Below are positions 22,801-33,624 of a stretch of 64,000 bases of DNA, piece after piece (within the stretch, counting starts at the first letter, position 1; every line of letters starts with the position of its first letter). The position numbers were made by a program, and so were the translations under genes. Under the pieces are notes generated by a model. It made no database searches. It was not told the DNA's origin and saw only the letters and a program-made list of their open reading frames with translations. Source of the stretch: Promethearchaeota archaeon (lineage in GTDB: Archaea; Asgardarchaeota; Lokiarchaeia; Sigyniarchaeales; SOKP01). The stretch is from contig JBHLON010000002.1 of NCBI GenBank assembly GCA_048940445.1, positions 64,001 through 128,000 of the forward strand, given 5' to 3'.

Positions 22801-25311
22801 ATGAGTCAAACAAATAAAAATTTAGATAAAAGAGAAAGACCACAGAAATTTCAAGTAGCCGAATCTCATATTTTGTCTAAACGATCGAAATGGTTAAGAG
22901 ATTATTTCTATAAGGGAAGGGAAAGAGAGTGGAATAATCAATTTATGCCTTTTACTACTGGAACTGAATGGGATATCAATTGGCATGAGGGAGATTGGTA
23001 TATTAATCCAGAAGTATATTTCTTTATACAAGTATTAGGTAAAAAAGATAAAGGAGTCTTTGCATCATCATATAGGTCAATGGCTGTTCCGATTAAGTTG
23101 CCTTCCAATTTCTGGGATTTATCTATTCCAGAGAGAAGAATTTTATTTCTTGAAGAAGTAATGTTGAATTACATCCCGCAAGAGATTATTTCTGAGAATG
23201 ATTTGATTGCGGGAGGACGATTTAATACTCAATTATCCAAATGTTTCAATAAAAAAGAATTTAAAAAATACTGGAAATGGAATATTAGAAACCGAGAAGC
23301 AAACTTTAAGTTTCATTATTCTGGATTTGGAAATGTGGGTGCTGCTCCTGGACATCTTATACCTGACTATAAGACAGTAATACAAAAAGGCTTTAAATAT
23401 ATCCACGATAAAACAAAAAATAGATATGAGAGATTAACCGAAAGAGAAAAGAAAGAATTAAAAGGAAAAGAACTTCGAGGGATTTTGATGGCAACAGAAA
23501 TTCCTAAAAAGCTAGCTCAAAAATATGTTGAAGAGTGTAGAAGATTAAAAGCCGAATCTCCTTCTTCTGAGCGTAGCCAAGAGTTAGAATGGATGGCACA
23601 GAATTTAGAAAAAGTCCCTTGGAAACCCGCAGAGACTTTTTGGGAAGCCCTCCAGTCCTTATGGTTAACCCATTTATTATTGATGGCTGAAGAGTCTTAC
23701 CCCGGAGCAGGATTATCATTTGGTAGAATGGATCAATATTTATGGCCCTACTATAAAAAAGATGTGATAGACGATAAGTTAATAACAAAAGATTTCGCGA
23801 AGGAACTTCTTAGTAGTTTTTGGTTCCATTGTAATACCGCTTACGATGCAATGATACGGTTAGGTAAACAAGGAATAACTTCAGCATACGGACAATTATT
23901 AACACTTTCAGGATGTGGACCTAACGGTGAAGATCTAACAAATGAACTTACCTACACAATTTTAGAGGTAATAGATGAATGGTACCCAAGTTTAGAGCCA
24001 AAACCTAATGTTAAGTTGCACCGAAATACTCCAGATAAGTTTCTTAATACAATAATAGATATGATTTCTCGCGCGCAAGGCGCACCGTTTCTTATCAATT
24101 TTGATGAAAGAAGTATGGCAGGTTTAACTGCTGAAGGAGTTCCCAGAGAAGATGTGTGGAATTATGCTTGTGTAGGTTGCCTTGAAAATACCATGCAAGG
24201 TAATGATCGTTCTGGAACAGTAAACTGTAATCCAAATCTTGTTAAATCAATAGAATTAACATTGTGGAATGGTAAAAATATGCCTGGGAATATTAGAGCA
24301 ACTAAAGAAGGTGAACAAATAGGCCCAAAAACAGGAATTCCAGAAAAATTTGAAATCTGGGAGGAGTTTTGGAATGCTTGGAAAAAACAGATAGAATTTC
24401 TAATTAAATATATGGTTGATGTTTATAATCAAGATGAAAATATTGCAGCTAAGCTTATGCCAACTCCTTTATTATCTTCAATTGTGCGAGGATGCATAGA
24501 AAAAGGTCTAGATATAAGACAAGGAGGTCCTGAGTATCGTTATGTTACTGTTAATGGAGTTGGTTTTGCAACTTTAGTAGATTCTTTACTAGCCATTAAA
24601 AAATTAATTTATGATGAGAAGAGATATACAATAAGTCAATTAAAGGATGCAATTATGAATAATTTTGAAGGATCTGAATATGAAAAAATGAGAATCTTCT
24701 TAAAAAATAAGGTTCCCAAATTTGGAAATGATATTGATGAAGCTGATAATTTTGCAAAGAAGATAATGAAAATTTGGGCGGATGAATGCTGGAAATACAA
24801 AACTCTTAATAATTTTCAGTATCGTCCTGGAATGCTCTCATGGAACTACTGGGCAGGAGAAGATGCGAGTTTAACAATTGCCACACCCAATGGTAGAAAG
24901 AAAGGAACCTTTTTGTCTAATGCGATTTGTCCAACAAGCGGAGCAGATATAGAAGGTCCTACCTCAGTTACTAACTCAGTAGGAAAAGCTTTGGGAGGCA
25001 AAACTGAAAAAGGTGAATTCATTAATTACCTACCAAATGGTTCAAGTCAAACAATTACATTTAATCCTAGTATTTTAAGAGATCCTGAGAATAAAGAAAA
25101 GTTTAAGTCATATTTAAAGAGTTACGTTGAAAATGGAGGTACGTGTTTACAAGTTAATATGTTAGATGCAGAAATGTTAAAAGACGCTCAATCAAACCCA
25201 GATAATTATAAGAATCTCTTAGTCCGGGTAACTGGTTATAATGCCTATTTTACAGCAATAGGGAAAGAACTTCAAGATGAGATTATAGCAAGAGAATGTC
25301 ATAAAATGTAA
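22801..25311 (+). CDS. Glycyl radical enzyme (PflD-like, substrate unknown)
   Basis: RVTGY glycyl motif, single-Cys GCLE loop, SFGRMDQYL, ATPNGR. Confidence 0.9.
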   Translation: MSQTNKNLDKRERPQKFQVAESHILSKRSKWLRDYFYKGREREWNNQFMPFTTGTEWDINWHEGDWYINPEVYFFIQVLGKKDKGVFASSYRSMAVPIKLPSNFWDLSIPERRILFLEEVMLNYIPQEIISENDLIAGGRFNTQLSKCFNKKEFKKYWKWNIRNREANFKFHYSGFGNVGAAPGHLIPDYKTVIQKGFKYIHDKTKNRYERLTEREKKELKGKELRGILMATEIPKKLAQKYVEECRRLKAESPSSERSQELEWMAQNLEKVPWKPAETFWEALQSLWLTHLLLMAEESYPGAGLSFGRMDQYLWPYYKKDVIDDKLITKDFAKELLSSFWFHCNTAYDAMIRLGKQGITSAYGQLLTLSGCGPNGEDLTNELTYTILEVIDEWYPSLEPKPNVKLHRNTPDKFLNTIIDMISRAQGAPFLINFDERSMAGLTAEGVPREDVWNYACVGCLENTMQGNDRSGTVNCNPNLVKSIELTLWNGKNMPGNIRATKEGEQIGPKTGIPEKFEIWEEFWNAWKKQIEFLIKYMVDVYNQDENIAAKLMPTPLLSSIVRGCIEKGLDIRQGGPEYRYVTVNGVGFATLVDSLLAIKKLIYDEKRYTISQLKDAIMNNFEGSEYEKMRIFLKNKVPKFGNDIDEADNFAKKIMKIWADECWKYKTLNNFQYRPGMLSWNYWAGEDASLTIATPNGRKKGTFLSNAICPTSGADIEGPTSVTNSVGKALGGKTEKGEFINYLPNGSSQTITFNPSILRDPENKEKFKSYLKSYVENGGTCLQVNMLDAEMLKDAQSNPDNYKNLLVRVTGYNAYFTAIGKELQDEIIARECHKM

Positions 25312-25347
25312 TTTTACTTTTTAAAAATTATTTATTAGGTAAGAAAT

Positions 25348-26307
25348 ATGGTGGAATCAGATAAGGGATTGATCTTTGAAATTCAGAAAATGTCTACTGA
25401 AGATGGTCCCGGCATTAGAACTACAGTCTTTTTCAAACAATGTCCATTAAGATGTATCTGGTGCCACAATCCTGAATCTATTTTAAAGATTCCTCAATTG
25501 GAATGGATAGAACACAAATGTATCGGTTGTAAAACTTGTATAGAAACATGTAAACAGAATGCATTGACGCTAGATCAAGAAGGGATGCATATTGACAGGG
25601 ATAAGTGTATAAGTTGTGGTGATTGTGTGAAGGAGTGCCCTAGTACAGCACTCCACATGTTTGGAGAGTGGTGGAATATAAACGATTTATATCATGAAAT
25701 CCAAAAAGATAAAGTATATTATCAGCAATCAAAAGGAGGTATTACGGCATCCGGTGGAGAACCTACCCTTCAATCTGATTTTCTTTTGAAATTTCTAAAA
25801 AAGTGTAAAGAAAACGATATTTCAACAGCATTGGACACGTGTGGATTCGTTAATAGAAACACATTAGAAAAATTATTACCTTTTGTTGACCTAGTTTTAT
25901 TAGATATCAAAGAAATCAATTCTGAGAAACACAAAGAATTCACAGGAGTTAGTAATAAACTTATCTTAGAAAATGCTGAGTGGATTGTCGATTATGTTAA
26001 GTGTAATCAAAAGAAGATATGGATTCGTACTCCCATTATCCCAAATTATACCGCTACAGAAGAAAATGTTGAAGGAATAGGAAACTTTATTGTAAAAAAA
26101 TTAAATAATATACCTGAACGTTGGGATTTATTGGCTTTTAATAACTTATGTACTGCTAAATATGAACGTTTAGATATGAATTGGTCATTGAAAGGTACTA
26201 AATTAATGACTAAAGCTGAAATTGAATTTCTTTATCATATTGCAATAGATACAGGAGTAAAAAATGTCCAATGGTCGGGTTTAACACAAATAGAAGAAAA
26301 AAATTAA
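25348..26307 (+). CDS. Glycyl-radical enzyme activating enzyme (radical SAM with ferredoxin insert)
   Basis: DGPGIRTTVF, CPLRCIWCHNPE, two CxxCxxCxxxC, SGGEP. Confidence 0.95.
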   Translation: MVESDKGLIFEIQKMSTEDGPGIRTTVFFKQCPLRCIWCHNPESILKIPQLEWIEHKCIGCKTCIETCKQNALTLDQEGMHIDRDKCISCGDCVKECPSTALHMFGEWWNINDLYHEIQKDKVYYQQSKGGITASGGEPTLQSDFLLKFLKKCKENDISTALDTCGFVNRNTLEKLLPFVDLVLLDIKEINSEKHKEFTGVSNKLILENAEWIVDYVKCNQKKIWIRTPIIPNYTATEENVEGIGNFIVKKLNNIPERWDLLAFNNLCTAKYERLDMNWSLKGTKLMTKAEIEFLYHIAIDTGVKNVQWSGLTQIEEKN

Positions 26308-26342
26308 AAAATCTCAATATAATTAAAAAAACAAGGGTGTGA

Positions 26343-27236
26343 TTGAAATTGGGTAAGAAAAAAGAACCAATAAAATGGTATACGGAATTTTCAGAAGATA
26401 TGATTAAATTTACAGAACCTGTTATGATGGTTAAATTATTGGGAACAATAGATTCTCGAGGTTGGCCTCATTTAACTGTAATTACTTCAAATGCGGCACG
26501 GGGTAAGAATTTGGTGGTGTGGGGCGAAATGACTAGTGGGATGAGTAATAAGAATATTAAAAGTAATCCAAAACAAGGTGTGTTCTATATGACAGCAGAA
26601 ATGCCTTTTAAATTTATCCAAGCTAAAATTAAGTATACCCATTCAAGATCAGATGGTGAAGATTTAGCTTTTTTTAATAGATCTGAATTAATGCGTTATT
26701 TGACCTATATTAACATTTATAAGGCTCATTATAATGAAGTTTACGCGGTAAGTCCAATAAGAAATCTACCTTTAATCGGGATAATCAAAGGAATCTTGAA
26801 AGATATCATCGGAAAAAGAGGAGCAAAAACTAAATTAAATGAAAAGAGATTAAATCCTATTGGATATAAGCTATTCACAAACATGATTGGTGTTAGAGCA
26901 ATCTCCTATGTTGACCCATCTGATGGATATCCTATTATCATTCCATGTATCCCATTACAAGCAGCAGATCATAATCGTCTGGTATTTCCTATAGGGACTG
27001 CTTTAAAACATGATTTACTTGCCATTCCCTATCAGACAAAATTAGCCATTCTTGCTTCAAACTTTGATATGGCATACCAAGTTGTAAAAGGAACTTATAC
27101 TGGAATTCATAGGGTTCGAGGAATAAAGTTTGGAGTAGTTGAAATCGAAGAAATATACAATGGAAGTCCACCTATAATAGGAAAAATTTACCCTGAGATT
27201 GAAGTTTTACCAAAGATCACAGAATTTAAACTTTAA
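26343..27236 (+). CDS. Tandem pyridoxamine 5'-phosphate oxidase-like (split-barrel) protein
   Basis: LLGTIDSRGWPH...NIKSNP in domain 1; ISYVD..DGYP in domain 2. Confidence 0.65.
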   Translation: MKLGKKKEPIKWYTEFSEDMIKFTEPVMMVKLLGTIDSRGWPHLTVITSNAARGKNLVVWGEMTSGMSNKNIKSNPKQGVFYMTAEMPFKFIQAKIKYTHSRSDGEDLAFFNRSELMRYLTYINIYKAHYNEVYAVSPIRNLPLIGIIKGILKDIIGKRGAKTKLNEKRLNPIGYKLFTNMIGVRAISYVDPSDGYPIIIPCIPLQAADHNRLVFPIGTALKHDLLAIPYQTKLAILASNFDMAYQVVKGTYTGIHRVRGIKFGVVEIEEIYNGSPPIIGKIYPEIEVLPKITEFKL

Positions 27237-27335
27237 ATCTAATAATTAAAAAATAAATTGAAAACCTTATTTTGGATTTTAATTTTTTCTATTTAAAATT
27301 TAATTATTAAGCTGTGTATTTTTTCGGTATCGATA

Positions 27336-27509
27336 ATGAGCGAAAAAATGAACATATTGTTTTTTATTACTGATCTACATCGAACTGATATGTTGGGTTT
27401 TATTCCAGAGGATCTATATAGTATTAAATTTGTAGAAGAAAATACGATAAATTTTCTTGAAAGATACTCGGATGGAAAATATGAAGAAAAACCTTATTGC
27501 ACGAAGTAG
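27336..27509 (+). pseudogene. Internally deleted sulfatase remnant (57 aa)
   Basis: MNILFFITDLHRTDMLG (sulfatase N-terminus) fused to IPEDLY...TINFLE...EKPY; no CxPxR. Confidence 0.65.
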
Positions 27510-27589
27510 ACTTTCCAAGAGAGAAGGAGCTACATGAATGAGTAGAGAAGTTTTAATTCTTGGAAAGAAAAAAATTGAATTAATAAATT

Positions 27590-28483
27590 ATGATCTGGAA
27601 AACTAAAATTACCCAAATGTTAGGAATTAAATACCCATTGGTGATGGGAGCATTTGGTGGATGGGGTAAGTCTGATTTTGCCTCAGCATTCTCAAATGCT
27701 GGAGGGCTAGGAGTTATTGCAGCTTTAAATTTTCCAGATATAGATGATTTTAAAAATGATATAAAAAAAATGCGATTACTTACAGATAAACCGTTTGCTA
27801 TAAATCTTTCTTTACCACATCATAAGTTCGAGGACACGGAGGAGAATGAGAAAACCAAAAAACGATACTTAGAATATGTTAGAATGGCAATTAATCAGAA
27901 CTGCAAAGTTTTTACGACTTCAGGTTATAAGGCAGACTTTATTGGAAAAAGAGTTCATGAGTCTGGTGCATACTGGTTTCACAAATGTGTTTTAGTTAAA
28001 CATGCACTTTCTGCTGAAAATCAAGGTGCTGATGCAGTAACATTGGTAGGTTTGGAGGGTACTGGTTTTAAAAATCCTCTGTCACATAGTACATTAGTAA
28101 ATATAACTATGGCAAAAAGATTGCTAAATATTCCCATTATTGCTGCTGGGGGGATAGGTGATACGAGGGGATTTTTAGCTGCTCTAGCTATGGGGGCTGA
28201 TGCAATTTGTCTTGGAACAGCACTAATGGCAACTATAGAATGCCCTGTACCTCAAAAGATCAAAGAAAAATGGATTAATCTTGACATTTTTAATGAGGAT
28301 TTTTATCAAAAAATTTATCATTATAATCTTAAGAATTTTATGGCACCATCAACCGCAATAGGGCATTTTGAAAAAGTGGTTCCAATTTCTAAGTTTATCC
28401 TTGATCTTATAATTAATTCGGAAAATATTCTAAATTTATGGGGATTTAATAATAATCAATTTAATTCAACGGATTTTTATTAG
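27590..28483 (+). CDS. Nitronate monooxygenase / FabK-like flavoprotein
   Basis: LGIKYP, SNAGGLG, IPIIAAGGIGD.RG..AALAMGAD. Confidence 0.9.
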   Translation: MIWKTKITQMLGIKYPLVMGAFGGWGKSDFASAFSNAGGLGVIAALNFPDIDDFKNDIKKMRLLTDKPFAINLSLPHHKFEDTEENEKTKKRYLEYVRMAINQNCKVFTTSGYKADFIGKRVHESGAYWFHKCVLVKHALSAENQGADAVTLVGLEGTGFKNPLSHSTLVNITMAKRLLNIPIIAAGGIGDTRGFLAALAMGADAICLGTALMATIECPVPQKIKEKWINLDIFNEDFYQKIYHYNLKNFMAPSTAIGHFEKVVPISKFILDLIINSENILNLWGFNNNQFNSTDFY

Positions 28484-28690
28484 TATTATTAATGGATATT
28501 CCGATCTAATAAGAATTAAATCAATATACAATTCGACCTCATTTATTATACATCAATTGATATTATATTTATATTCGTAAAATTAAATTCTTTAATTCTT
28601 TCACAAAATTCAAAATATTTAAAGGATTTAGGCAAATAGATAGAATATATTTTGTAAACTAATTTTAAAAAATCTAAAAAATAATAAAAT

Positions 28691-30790
28691 GTGAATAATA
28701 TGTCTGAGACATTTATACTAGTTGCATTAATTGCTGGAATCGTATCTATTTTACTAGCAGCTTACTTTGCGTGGATCGTTTTAAGAAAAGATTCTGGGAA
28801 TGAACGAATGATTGAAGTCTCAGGATACATCGAGAAAGGAGCAAAAACATTTATCAAAGTTCAATATAAGGTATTAGCTGTTTTTGTGATATGTTTAGCA
28901 TTAATAATTTTGTTTTTTATCCAATCACCCCGTGGTTCTGTTGTAAATTGGGAACAATCAATTGCCTATGTTATCGGATCTATAGCTTCTATGTTAGCTG
29001 GTTGGATGGGTATGTATGTAGGTGTAAAAGCAAATACTAGATCCGCTCAAGCATGTACTAAAGGAATTAAAGCAGGTTTTGATGTGGCATTTTTTGGTGG
29101 AGCATTTATGGGATTAGCTGTTGTAGGTTCGGCTCTAATTGGTATCTCAATTATCTATTTAATATTCCAAAATGCATTTGTAGTTTTAGGATTTAGCTTT
29201 GGAGCAAGTAGTATTGCCTTATTTATGAAATGTGGTGGTGGAATCTACACTAAAACAGCAGATGTAGGTGCCGATTTAGTGGGAAAAGCAGAGTATAATC
29301 TTCCAGAAGATGATCCGAGAAATCCTGCAACCATTGCTGATAATGTAGGTGATAATGTTGGCGATATAGCTGGTATGGGATCAGATTTGTTCGATTCATA
29401 TGTGGCATCTATTCTAGCAGCCATGATACTTGCAACATTATTAATTCCTATTACTGAACAGTCGACTTTTATTTTGTACCCACTTGTATTCTCTGGTGTA
29501 GGATTGATTTCCTCTGTAATTAGTATCTACTTAATAAAGTGGAAAGGTTCAGAGGATCCAGGTAAATCACTGAATAGAGGGACCTATGCTGCAACCCTTA
29601 TTTTTGCTGGATTAGCGGCATTATTTGCTTTATTTATGTCATTTGGAGTTTCTGGAGAGTTTATCGCAAAAATATGGAAAAATTATTTTGCAACTCTTTT
29701 TGGACTTGGGAGTGGTATATTGATTGGTTTTACAAGCGATTATTTTACACGGGATGATAGGAAACCTACTCACAATATAGCAGAATCAGCCAAAGAAGGG
29801 CATGCTGTTGTAATTCTTTCTGGTTTTGCATATGGTCTTATAAGTGTTGCTCCTGCTGCAATAGGTATTGTAGTAGCTATGGTTTTTTCTTTCCTTTTAG
29901 ATGGAATATTTGCTATAGCAATGGCTGCAGTTGGAATGCTTTCAATAGTAGGAACAATTGTATCAAACGATGCATATGGCCCAATCGTGGATAATGCTCG
30001 TAGTATTGCCGAACAAGGAGAACTCGGAGAGGATACTATTCGGATCGCTGATAAAATGGATTCGGCTGGAAACACGGCTAAGGCTATAACTAAAGGATTT
30101 GCAATTGGTGCAGCTAACTTAACTGTAATTGCACTATTATTTTCTTATAATGAAGACGCTCAAACCAGACTAATTGACTTGGGCCTCCCTCCTATAAACT
30201 TAAGTCTGTTGAATATTGATGTATTGATCGGAGCATTCATAGGGATAATTGTTCCAGCGTTGTTTTCAGCACTATTAATCCTTGCAGTTCAACGAAATGC
30301 CGCGAAGATGGTTGATGAAATTAGGCGACAATTTGAATCTAACCCGAAAATCCTAACAGGTGAAGAACCTGCTGATTTTACTAAAACCGTGGCCATAGCA
30401 ACTAAAGGTGCCTTGCGAGAATTAATACTTCCAAGTATCATCTCAATTGCTGTTCCATTGGCAGTAGGGTTTCTTTTTGGTGTAGCAGCATTAGGTGCAT
30501 TCCTTGCTGCTTCAATCTTATCTGGTTTCGTATTTGCTATATTCATGGCCAATGCTGGAGGCTCTTGGGACAACGCAAAGAAATGGATCGAAGACGGAAA
30601 TCTTGGTGGTAAAGGTACAAAAGTACATAAGGCTTCTATTACAGGAGATACGGTTGGTGACCCTTTCAAGGATACAGCAGGTCCTAGTATCAACACACTT
30701 CTTGTAGTAATGTCATTGACTGCGACAATCTTCATGCCGTTGTTAATTACGCTCTCTCCTTTCGGTCTGATTATATTCCCAGCTCTATAA
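28691..30790 (+). CDS. hppA: Membrane-bound ion-translocating pyrophosphatase, K+-independent signature
   Basis: GGGIYTKTADVGADLVGK, EDDPRNPA.IADNVGDNVGD, GNTAKA, GDTVGDPFKDT. Confidence 0.95.
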   Translation: MNNMSETFILVALIAGIVSILLAAYFAWIVLRKDSGNERMIEVSGYIEKGAKTFIKVQYKVLAVFVICLALIILFFIQSPRGSVVNWEQSIAYVIGSIASMLAGWMGMYVGVKANTRSAQACTKGIKAGFDVAFFGGAFMGLAVVGSALIGISIIYLIFQNAFVVLGFSFGASSIALFMKCGGGIYTKTADVGADLVGKAEYNLPEDDPRNPATIADNVGDNVGDIAGMGSDLFDSYVASILAAMILATLLIPITEQSTFILYPLVFSGVGLISSVISIYLIKWKGSEDPGKSLNRGTYAATLIFAGLAALFALFMSFGVSGEFIAKIWKNYFATLFGLGSGILIGFTSDYFTRDDRKPTHNIAESAKEGHAVVILSGFAYGLISVAPAAIGIVVAMVFSFLLDGIFAIAMAAVGMLSIVGTIVSNDAYGPIVDNARSIAEQGELGEDTIRIADKMDSAGNTAKAITKGFAIGAANLTVIALLFSYNEDAQTRLIDLGLPPINLSLLNIDVLIGAFIGIIVPALFSALLILAVQRNAAKMVDEIRRQFESNPKILTGEEPADFTKTVAIATKGALRELILPSIISIAVPLAVGFLFGVAALGAFLAASILSGFVFAIFMANAGGSWDNAKKWIEDGNLGGKGTKVHKASITGDTVGDPFKDTAGPSINTLLVVMSLTATIFMPLLITLSPFGLIIFPAL

Positions 30791-30948
30791 ATAGCTATCT
30801 TAAATTATCCTTTATTTTTTTAATATAACTTCTATTCTACTCTCCTTTCAATCTTATTTTGGTAAAAAACTTCTAATATCGTCTTTTAATGTTGTCACTT
30901 TAATAGTGAATTTATTTGATAGGACAAGTAAACTTGAGAATAGAAAAA

Positions 30949-31755
30949 TTATTCTTTATCAGATACTATTTTTTGAATTCCCTTTACTTTAAGTATATCT
31001 GCAACACCAGCTACAGGTAGGTTTGCAGGTACCATTATAATTGTGCTTTTTCCTGTTACCGCTGCTTCGTAGATAAGGTTCATCCATCTTAATTCCATCG
31101 CTTTTTCATTCTTTGTATATTCTTCTGCTGCTTCTACCATTTTGAACGATGCTTGTGCTTCAGCTGTAGCTAATGTCACACGTGCTTGACGCTCTCTCTC
31201 TGCTTCAGCTTGTCTAGCCATTGAATCAATTAGATTCTGAGGTAATACAACGTCTCGAACCTCAACACTTGTGACCTTAATACCCCATCGTTCTGTTTTA
31301 GAATCTATTATTTCCTGTAAATGAGTACTTATTTTGTCTCGTTCACTTAGTAGTTCATTAAGTTCTACTTTGCCCATCACTTCTCGCAATGTTGATTGAG
31401 CAGCCCAATTCGTTGCAACTAAATATTCTTCCACTTCTAAAATAGCTTTTTCAGGATCTACAACTTTATAATACATTATTGCATCTACACTTACACTAAC
31501 ATTGTCTTTTGTTAAGGTTTGTTCACTTCTAAACGTGTATGTTAAGATTCTCGTTGAAATTTTCATTGGTATAGTATAAATTCCTCGGAGATACCAAATC
31601 AAGCCTGGTCCTTTTAACCCCTTGTATTTACCAAACTTTAATAATGGAGCCTTTTCCCATTGTTTTATGACCTTAAAGCCACTCACAAACCAGATAAAAA
31701 GGATAAATCCAATAATAGAGATTATAGTATAAATTGCTATTTGTTCTATGGACAT
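30949..31755 (-). CDS. SPFH/band 7 (stomatin-like) protein
   Basis: LTKDNV.V.VDA, AQSTLREVMG, WGIKVTSVE, MARQAEAERE. Confidence 0.95.
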   Translation of the reverse strand: MSIEQIAIYTIISIIGFILFIWFVSGFKVIKQWEKAPLLKFGKYKGLKGPGLIWYLRGIYTIPMKISTRILTYTFRSEQTLTKDNVSVSVDAIMYYKVVDPEKAILEVEEYLVATNWAAQSTLREVMGKVELNELLSERDKISTHLQEIIDSKTERWGIKVTSVEVRDVVLPQNLIDSMARQAEAERERQARVTLATAEAQASFKMVEAAEEYTKNEKAMELRWMNLIYEAAVTGKSTIIMVPANLPVAGVADILKVKGIQKIVSDKE

Positions 31756-31909
31756 AACAATTCCTCTTATTTTTTTTGATTATAATTCTAGCTAGACATA
31801 GTAAATTCAATTAAAAAATGTAGTTCTAACAAATCCTAGAAAAATCTGATTTCTTACTATATCTATATAAACTCAAATACATTTTATATTGTAATCTATA
31901 AACAAGAGA

Positions 31910-32740
31910 TTGAAATTCAAATACTTCGATAAAATGAACGTATTATTAGAAACAAAAGATATAAAAGTACTTCTAGATGCAATAGAGAGTAATTTAGACG
32001 ATTTTTATATAAAATGCACTTATCATCCTGATTTTGATTTTATGAATAACGATAAAATTAGTTGGGTTCGAGCTAGATATGTTGATTGGCCAAATTGTAT
32101 TTTTAAAGTAAATTTTGAAGGATTAGACCTAAATTCTGAAATTATTAAAGTCAAGACATTGATCGAGAGTAGTAATTCTCCAAATGCGTGGACATTAGGT
32201 CCATTATCAAAACCGCTTAATTTAGGTAGCAAATTAGAGGAAGTTGGTTTTACTAAGGTTTATCAGCAAGCAGGTATGGTTTTATACCTTCAAGATCTTA
32301 ATAATCTGGAGTTGAAATCGAATGAATTGAAAGTAAAATTAGTAGATAGTTGGGGAATGCTACAGCAATGGTCAAACTTAGTTTCTCTTGTTTTTAATAT
32401 CCGGATTGATCAAAATTTACTAAAATACTTATTAAACCAAACGGAAGCATTATTTTATATTGGATATTCTCATGGAATACCAGTTTCAACTCTATTATTA
32501 TATCTGTCGTCAGGAGTAGCAGGATTACATGCGGTTTCCACTCATCCAGGATATAGGAACAAGGGTTTTGGTTTTTTAATAAGTGGAATAGCGTTAAAAG
32601 AAGCTCTCAAGCTAGGTTATAAAGTTGGTGTTCTTCAAGCTTCTAAAATGGGAGAACGTATATATAAGAAATTAAGATTCAAAAAACAATGTGATATTTT
32701 TTCTTATGAACTTCAAGGATTACCATTAAATGAAAGGTAA
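31910..32740 (+). CDS. GNAT acetyltransferase
   Basis: VSTHPGYRNKGFG, LQASKMG..IY.KL.F. Confidence 0.85.
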   Translation: MKFKYFDKMNVLLETKDIKVLLDAIESNLDDFYIKCTYHPDFDFMNNDKISWVRARYVDWPNCIFKVNFEGLDLNSEIIKVKTLIESSNSPNAWTLGPLSKPLNLGSKLEEVGFTKVYQQAGMVLYLQDLNNLELKSNELKVKLVDSWGMLQQWSNLVSLVFNIRIDQNLLKYLLNQTEALFYIGYSHGIPVSTLLLYLSSGVAGLHAVSTHPGYRNKGFGFLISGIALKEALKLGYKVGVLQASKMGERIYKKLRFKKQCDIFSYELQGLPLNER

Positions 32741-33015
32741 AAATAAGAAGAGTAATAAGTTAAACTTGTTGCTCCAAAAAGTTTATAAAATTACATTTAA
32801 ACTAAAGCGAGTCAACTCAAGTAATAAACATAGGTTTATAGAATTTTAGACAAATTAGTGGATTTGATTATTTACAATTTCACAAAATATAAGCAAATTA
32901 TATGCATTATATCTATAACATGACAAATAAGTATAAGTTTAAATATTATCTTAACACAATTTAGTATAACAGCTTTATAAAATGTTATCCAAAATTAATT
33001 TAAAAAAATAACTAG

Positions 33016-33414
33016 TTGGTAATTATGGCTTCAAAAGCAGGATCTATTTTAGCAGAGGTTGGTGTAATTATCTTATTGGCATCGACATTATTTATTATCC
33101 AAATGAACATGTATTTCGGCAATTGGCCTCCTTATGATTGGAAAAATTCTCTTTCATACATCATGACTTTTATATGGGGCGCTGGTGTAATATCAGGGAT
33201 AATTTTAGCAAATAGGGGAATCAAGGTGGGTAATTATCTCATATTATCATTCGGAACAGTTGCTTTGGTTGGTTCATTTATTCCCCTCGAAGTTCATGGT
33301 TTCCCTCCAATGTTTTTTAATATTATTCCTCTGAATCTAACATTTTACTATATTGATGTTATATTAATCATTATAGGTGGCATTCTCGCCGTTGCAATCA
33401 AAGGTAGAGACTAA
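33016..33414 (+). CDS. 4-TM membrane protein (paralog of 33625-34035)
   Basis: Shared MA.K.G..L, TFIW, IPLN..F..ID.ILIIIGGI. Confidence 0.75.
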   Translation: MVIMASKAGSILAEVGVIILLASTLFIIQMNMYFGNWPPYDWKNSLSYIMTFIWGAGVISGIILANRGIKVGNYLILSFGTVALVGSFIPLEVHGFPPMFFNIIPLNLTFYYIDVILIIIGGILAVAIKGRD

Positions 33415-33624
33415 AAAAAATAAATACTCTCTTTTTTTTTAAATATAGAGTAGTTATGAGATACATTAATTGAAAAGAATCTTAAATTAAAATTTTAAAC
33501 TTTAGACTCAATTCTATATTATAAAGTAGATAACTTTGTATAAGTTTAAATAGTATCTTATCACACATTTAAATATAACAATTTTGTAAAATGTAATCCA
33601 TTAAAATACCAAAAAAATAATTAG

